Assembly: GCA_040752075.1 (NCBI GenBank)
Contig: JBFMFQ010000003.1
Location: forward strand, 1-50,225
From: Candidatus Zixiibacteriota bacterium
GTDB lineage: Bacteria > Zixibacteria > MSB-5A5 > WJJR01
Direction of reading: 5' to 3'
DNA: 50,225 nucleotides
Both the position numbers and the translations under genes were made by a program. Below, piece after piece: positions 46,578-50,225 of the stretch. The notes under the pieces were generated by a model that saw only the letters and a list, made by a program, of their open reading frames with translations, was not told the origin of the DNA and made no database searches. Every line of letters begins with the position of its first letter. Position 1 is the first letter of the stretch.

Positions 46578-47621
46578 CTAGCGCATTGTCAGCCGCACGC
46601 TGCGAGGGCCCGCCACCACATGTCCGATTTGGTAGGCGGAATACCCGGCCGACTGCAGGAGCTCCAGTGAGCGGCGCGCATCCTCGTGGTCGACGACCGC
46701 CATGTATCCGATGCCCATGTTGAAGACACGGAACATCTCTTCGGGATCAACGCTCCCTGTTTGCCGGAGGAATCGGAAAATGGGCAGAGGCGACCACGCA
46801 CCGGTGTCGATCACGGCCTGGCATCCTTCGGGGAGGATACGGATCAGATTGCCCTCGATCCCGCCGCCGGTGATGTGGGCCATTCCGGTCATGCGCACTT
46901 CGCTTTTGAGCGCGGCCACCGCGCTGCGATACGAACGATGCACCGCCATGATGGCGTTACCGAGGGACATCCCTCCCAACTCATCCGGGCAATCGTCGAG
47001 TTCGTACTGGTTGATGTCGAACAGGATTCGCCGAATGAGCGAGTATCCGTTGGTGTGCGGCCCGGACGATTCGATGCCGATCAGCATCTGCCCCGGCGCG
47101 ATCCGGGAACCGTCGTAAATCTCCGACCGTTCGACCATGCCGACAATGAAACCGGCGAGGTCGTAATCCCCCAGCTTGTAGAGCCCGGGCATTTCGGCGG
47201 TTTCGCCGCCAATGAGGGCGACTTCGTTCTCGCGGCAGGCCGTGGCAATGCCCGTGACCACTTCCTCGATGATGGCGGGATCCATTCGTGCAATCGCGAC
47301 ATAATCAAGGAATGCCAGGGGCTGAGCGCCGCAGGTGAGAATGTCGTTGACGCAGTGATTGACGAGGTCGGCGCCAATGGTCTGGTGATGCCCCCCGCGG
47401 ATGGCGATCTTGAGCTTGGTGCCGACCCCATCGCAACTGGAAACCAAAACGGGTTCGCGATACCCGGTGAGGTCGAGCTTCAGAAGGCCGGAAAAGGGCC
47501 CGACACCGGCCAGGACACCACTTGTGTATGTGCTGCGGGCGAGGGAGGCGATTCTCGAGACGGCATCATCGGCGGCCTCGAGATTGACCCCGGCGGAGCT
47601 ATAGTCGGTCTTCACGGTCAT
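46578..47621 (-). CDS. purM: Phosphoribosylformylglycinamidine cyclo-ligase
   Basis: YSSAGVN, DGVGTK, GGETAEMPG, SSGPHTNGYS, HITGGG, FNMGIG. Confidence 0.97.
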   Translation of the reverse strand: MTVKTDYSSAGVNLEAADDAVSRIASLARSTYTSGVLAGVGPFSGLLKLDLTGYREPVLVSSCDGVGTKLKIAIRGGHHQTIGADLVNHCVNDILTCGAQPLAFLDYVAIARMDPAIIEEVVTGIATACRENEVALIGGETAEMPGLYKLGDYDLAGFIVGMVERSEIYDGSRIAPGQMLIGIESSGPHTNGYSLIRRILFDINQYELDDCPDELGGMSLGNAIMAVHRSYRSAVAALKSEVRMTGMAHITGGGIEGNLIRILPEGCQAVIDTGAWSPLPIFRFLRQTGSVDPEEMFRVFNMGIGYMAVVDHEDARRSLELLQSAGYSAYQIGHVVAGPRSVRLTMR

Positions 47622-47719
47622 CCTTTCGGTCAAGGCGTCCGGCGACAGAACGGACGCAGACCTGCAATATCCCAAATCGATCGGGTTCGTGCAATGCCCG
47701 GCTTAGGGCAGGCTCGGCC

Positions 47720-50182
47720 CTACCAGAAGTCCACCGGATCGACATCGGCGACCAGGGCAACCCCTGCCTTGCGGAGGTCCGCATCGCGGGCCCGCCGGAA
47801 TTCATGAATCGCGTCCCGTACGGCTTTAAGCGAATCGCATTTGATCAGTACATGGACCACGTGGCGTCCCCCCCGGCGTGGGACGGCGGCGGGCGCCGGC
47901 CCCAATAATTGTCCCATGCGCTTTCGTCCCTTGGAGACGGCCTGCCGGAAGGTGGCGGCGAATTCACCGGCCGCATTGAATGCCGGTGCCGGCGATTCGG
48001 CGGAGAATGAGAGAAGCAGCAGCCTCGAAAACGGCGGATACTTCAATGATGCGCGGCGGGGCAGTTCGCGGCTGAAAAAGAGCTCGGCATTCTGTGCGGC
48101 GGCCAGTTCGATGAGATCGTGTTCGGGGCGAAATGTCTGAACGACGACCTCGGCGACTCCCTCCGACGATGCATCGCGCCCGGCGCGGCCCGCGACCTGG
48201 GTGAGCAACTGGAAGGTCCGTTCCTCGGCCCTGAAGTCCGGAAAGGCCATCTGCTGATCGGCCCAGATCACGCCGACCAGGCCAACACCGGGAACATCGA
48301 GTCCTTTGGCCACCATCTGGGTTCCGAGGAGCAGGTTGATCTGTCCGGACGTGAACGATGAGAGGATCGATTCGGCCATTCCGCGCCGCGCGGCGACATC
48401 CGCATCCAGCCGCGCCAGCCTGATCGCCGGATCCATGCCACTGAGGAGTTCCTCGATCTTCTGTGTCCCGACTCCGCGCAAGAGGAAATCGCTCCCGCCG
48501 CACTTCGGGCAACGGTCCAGTGCGGGCTTGTGGAATTGGCAGAGGTGACACCGGTAGGATTGGTCGGCGCGATGAAAGGTCAACGTCAGGCCGCAATCCG
48601 GGCAGGCCTCAAAGTGCCCGCAGTCGTTGCAGGCGACCATGGTCGCATACCCGCGACGGTTCAAAAAGATGATGACCTTGCGGCCCGCGTGGATGGTTCG
48701 CAGGATCGAGTCGCGCAGTTCGGGTGTGATCCAGGTGTCCTCGGTTGTGAGGCGGCGGTGTGTCAGATCGATCAGGCGGACAAGCGGCATGGAACGGCCG
48801 CTGACTCGTTGTGTGAGACGCAGCAGTTCGTACTTGCCGGAAGTCGCGTTGTGAAACGTCTCGCAGGAGGGTGTCGCCGACCCGAGCAGGCACACGGCAT
48901 TATTGAGCCTCGCGCGCACAACGGCGACATCGCGCGCATGGTAGCGCGGCGCGGGATCGGACTGCTTGTACGCGTCGGCGTGCTCCTCATCCACAATGAT
49001 CAGTCCCAGGTTCGCCAGCGGCGCAAAGACCGCGGAGCGCGCCCCCACGACCAGCCGGTAACGGCCGCGTGCCACACGGCGCGCCATCCAGTAGCGCTGG
49101 GCGGTGGTCAGCCCGCTGTGCCAGACCCCGATCGGTTCACCCAGTGTCAAGCGAAGGCGTTGGACCATCGGTCCGGCGAGACTGATCTCCGGAACGAGCA
49201 GCAGCGCCGTCTTTCCCTTCCGCCACGCTTTCCGGATCGCCGCGCAATACACCGCCGTCTTCCCCGAACCGGTCGGTCCCCATAGCAACACGGTGGAGAA
49301 TTTCAAACCGGAGATGAGAGTCTCAAGCCGGGAATCGGCCTGACGCTGGCCGGGGTCAAATGCGTCGGAACCCGGCTCGCCTTGTGTGGCCGAGGAATGC
49401 GGCCGGGGAGCGGGACATGGTTCCCAATCGAGGACATCGTTTAACATGAGATCCCGGAGGATCTTGCGTCCATGGCGGATTTCCGCTGCCTGCGAGATCC
49501 AGGGCAACCCTGGCAAACCGGCCCGGTCGCCGGAGAATAGCTGCTGCAGATCCGAAGGGACCAAGGCTTCCATTCCGGGATTCACACCGTTGATGACCGC
49601 TTCATTCGGAACCGGCGGCGGCGCAGTCTTCCAGTGCGCTTCCACCAGCCCGCGCTCGGTCAACTGACGGATCGCGGCCGCGAGCGTCGCACGCCCGATT
49701 CCCAGGCGCTGGAGGGTCGAGAACCTGACCGACGGGCGGTGCGAAACAGCATCGAGGATTCGCTTTTGGGTCGGAGTCAATCGGGGGGCCGATTTGGCAT
49801 CATTCCACTCCGGGACCTTCCGGCGGACTTCGAGTGTTGCGTCACCGCCGGACACCGAGAGGGCGGGCGTCAACGCTTCACCCCAGGAGCAGAGATAGTA
49901 GTCCGCCACCCACCTGGTCGTTTCCATTATATCCGCCGGCACCGGAACGTCGGGATCGACCAATCCGGAGATGGGACGAATGCCCGCCGGGCGGTCCCCA
50001 CCCCGGGGAGACTCGCCGATGACAATGCCGATCTCGCTTGCTCCACCCAGCGGCGCACGGACCCGGCTTCCCGGTTTCACCACGTCGGCCCACTCGGCGG
50101 GGACACGGTAGGTGAAAGCTCGAGGGAGAGGACGCGGGAAAACGATGTCAACGAGTCGGTCCGAGGCCGGGGGCGATGTCAT
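47720..50182 (-). CDS. priA: Primosomal protein N' (replication restart helicase)
   Basis: GPTGSGKT, VPEISL, DEEH, GSATPS, LNRRGY, Cys4 zinc motifs, GTQMVAKGLD, QVAGRAGR. Confidence 0.97.
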   Translation of the reverse strand: MTSPPASDRLVDIVFPRPLPRAFTYRVPAEWADVVKPGSRVRAPLGGASEIGIVIGESPRGGDRPAGIRPISGLVDPDVPVPADIMETTRWVADYYLCSWGEALTPALSVSGGDATLEVRRKVPEWNDAKSAPRLTPTQKRILDAVSHRPSVRFSTLQRLGIGRATLAAAIRQLTERGLVEAHWKTAPPPVPNEAVINGVNPGMEALVPSDLQQLFSGDRAGLPGLPWISQAAEIRHGRKILRDLMLNDVLDWEPCPAPRPHSSATQGEPGSDAFDPGQRQADSRLETLISGLKFSTVLLWGPTGSGKTAVYCAAIRKAWRKGKTALLLVPEISLAGPMVQRLRLTLGEPIGVWHSGLTTAQRYWMARRVARGRYRLVVGARSAVFAPLANLGLIIVDEEHADAYKQSDPAPRYHARDVAVVRARLNNAVCLLGSATPSCETFHNATSGKYELLRLTQRVSGRSMPLVRLIDLTHRRLTTEDTWITPELRDSILRTIHAGRKVIIFLNRRGYATMVACNDCGHFEACPDCGLTLTFHRADQSYRCHLCQFHKPALDRCPKCGGSDFLLRGVGTQKIEELLSGMDPAIRLARLDADVAARRGMAESILSSFTSGQINLLLGTQMVAKGLDVPGVGLVGVIWADQQMAFPDFRAEERTFQLLTQVAGRAGRDASSEGVAEVVVQTFRPEHDLIELAAAQNAELFFSRELPRRASLKYPPFSRLLLLSFSAESPAPAFNAAGEFAATFRQAVSKGRKRMGQLLGPAPAAVPRRGGRHVVHVLIKCDSLKAVRDAIHEFRRARDADLRKAGVALVADVDPVDFW

Positions 50183-50225
50183 GATGGGTCACCATCTGCA
50201 CGAATGTGCAGGTTCTGTCAAGTAA

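Overview
GC-rich bacterial chromosomal window. The gene content (many secreted proteins ending in Cys-flanked dockerin-like domains, plus proteins with YPNPF-type T9SS/FlgD-like C-terminal domains) resembles FCB-related candidate phyla such as Zixibacteria; this taxonomy is inference. From left to right: a 5'-truncated giant propeller/dockerin protein with a terminator; a site-2 protease; a 1-kb intergenic region holding a candidate IHF + sigma54-driven structured small RNA and a duplicated mosaic of REP-like palindromes; a minus-strand operon (lipoprotein, UbiE/MenG, rhodanese, MauE/DoxX, SAM methyltransferase); a ~8.6 kb plus-strand cluster of four secreted proteins (three different 7-bladed beta-propellers with a near-identical dockerin, and a small cohesin-like + half-dockerin protein); a dcw cluster (mraZ to ftsZ, without murB or ddl) with MraZ boxes; a divergent C25 gingipain-like peptidase behind a sigma54-type promoter; and a minus-strand run priA-purM-lnt-porZ-like-FemAB/GNAT-GT4-GT4-GT2. 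The most notable candidates are a non-cellulosomal cohesin/dockerin surface-display system, the novel structured sRNA, a T9SS attachment-like (PorZ + Vim-like glycan) locus, and an apparent non-AUG start for rsmH. All calls come from manual motif reading; no database searches were run.
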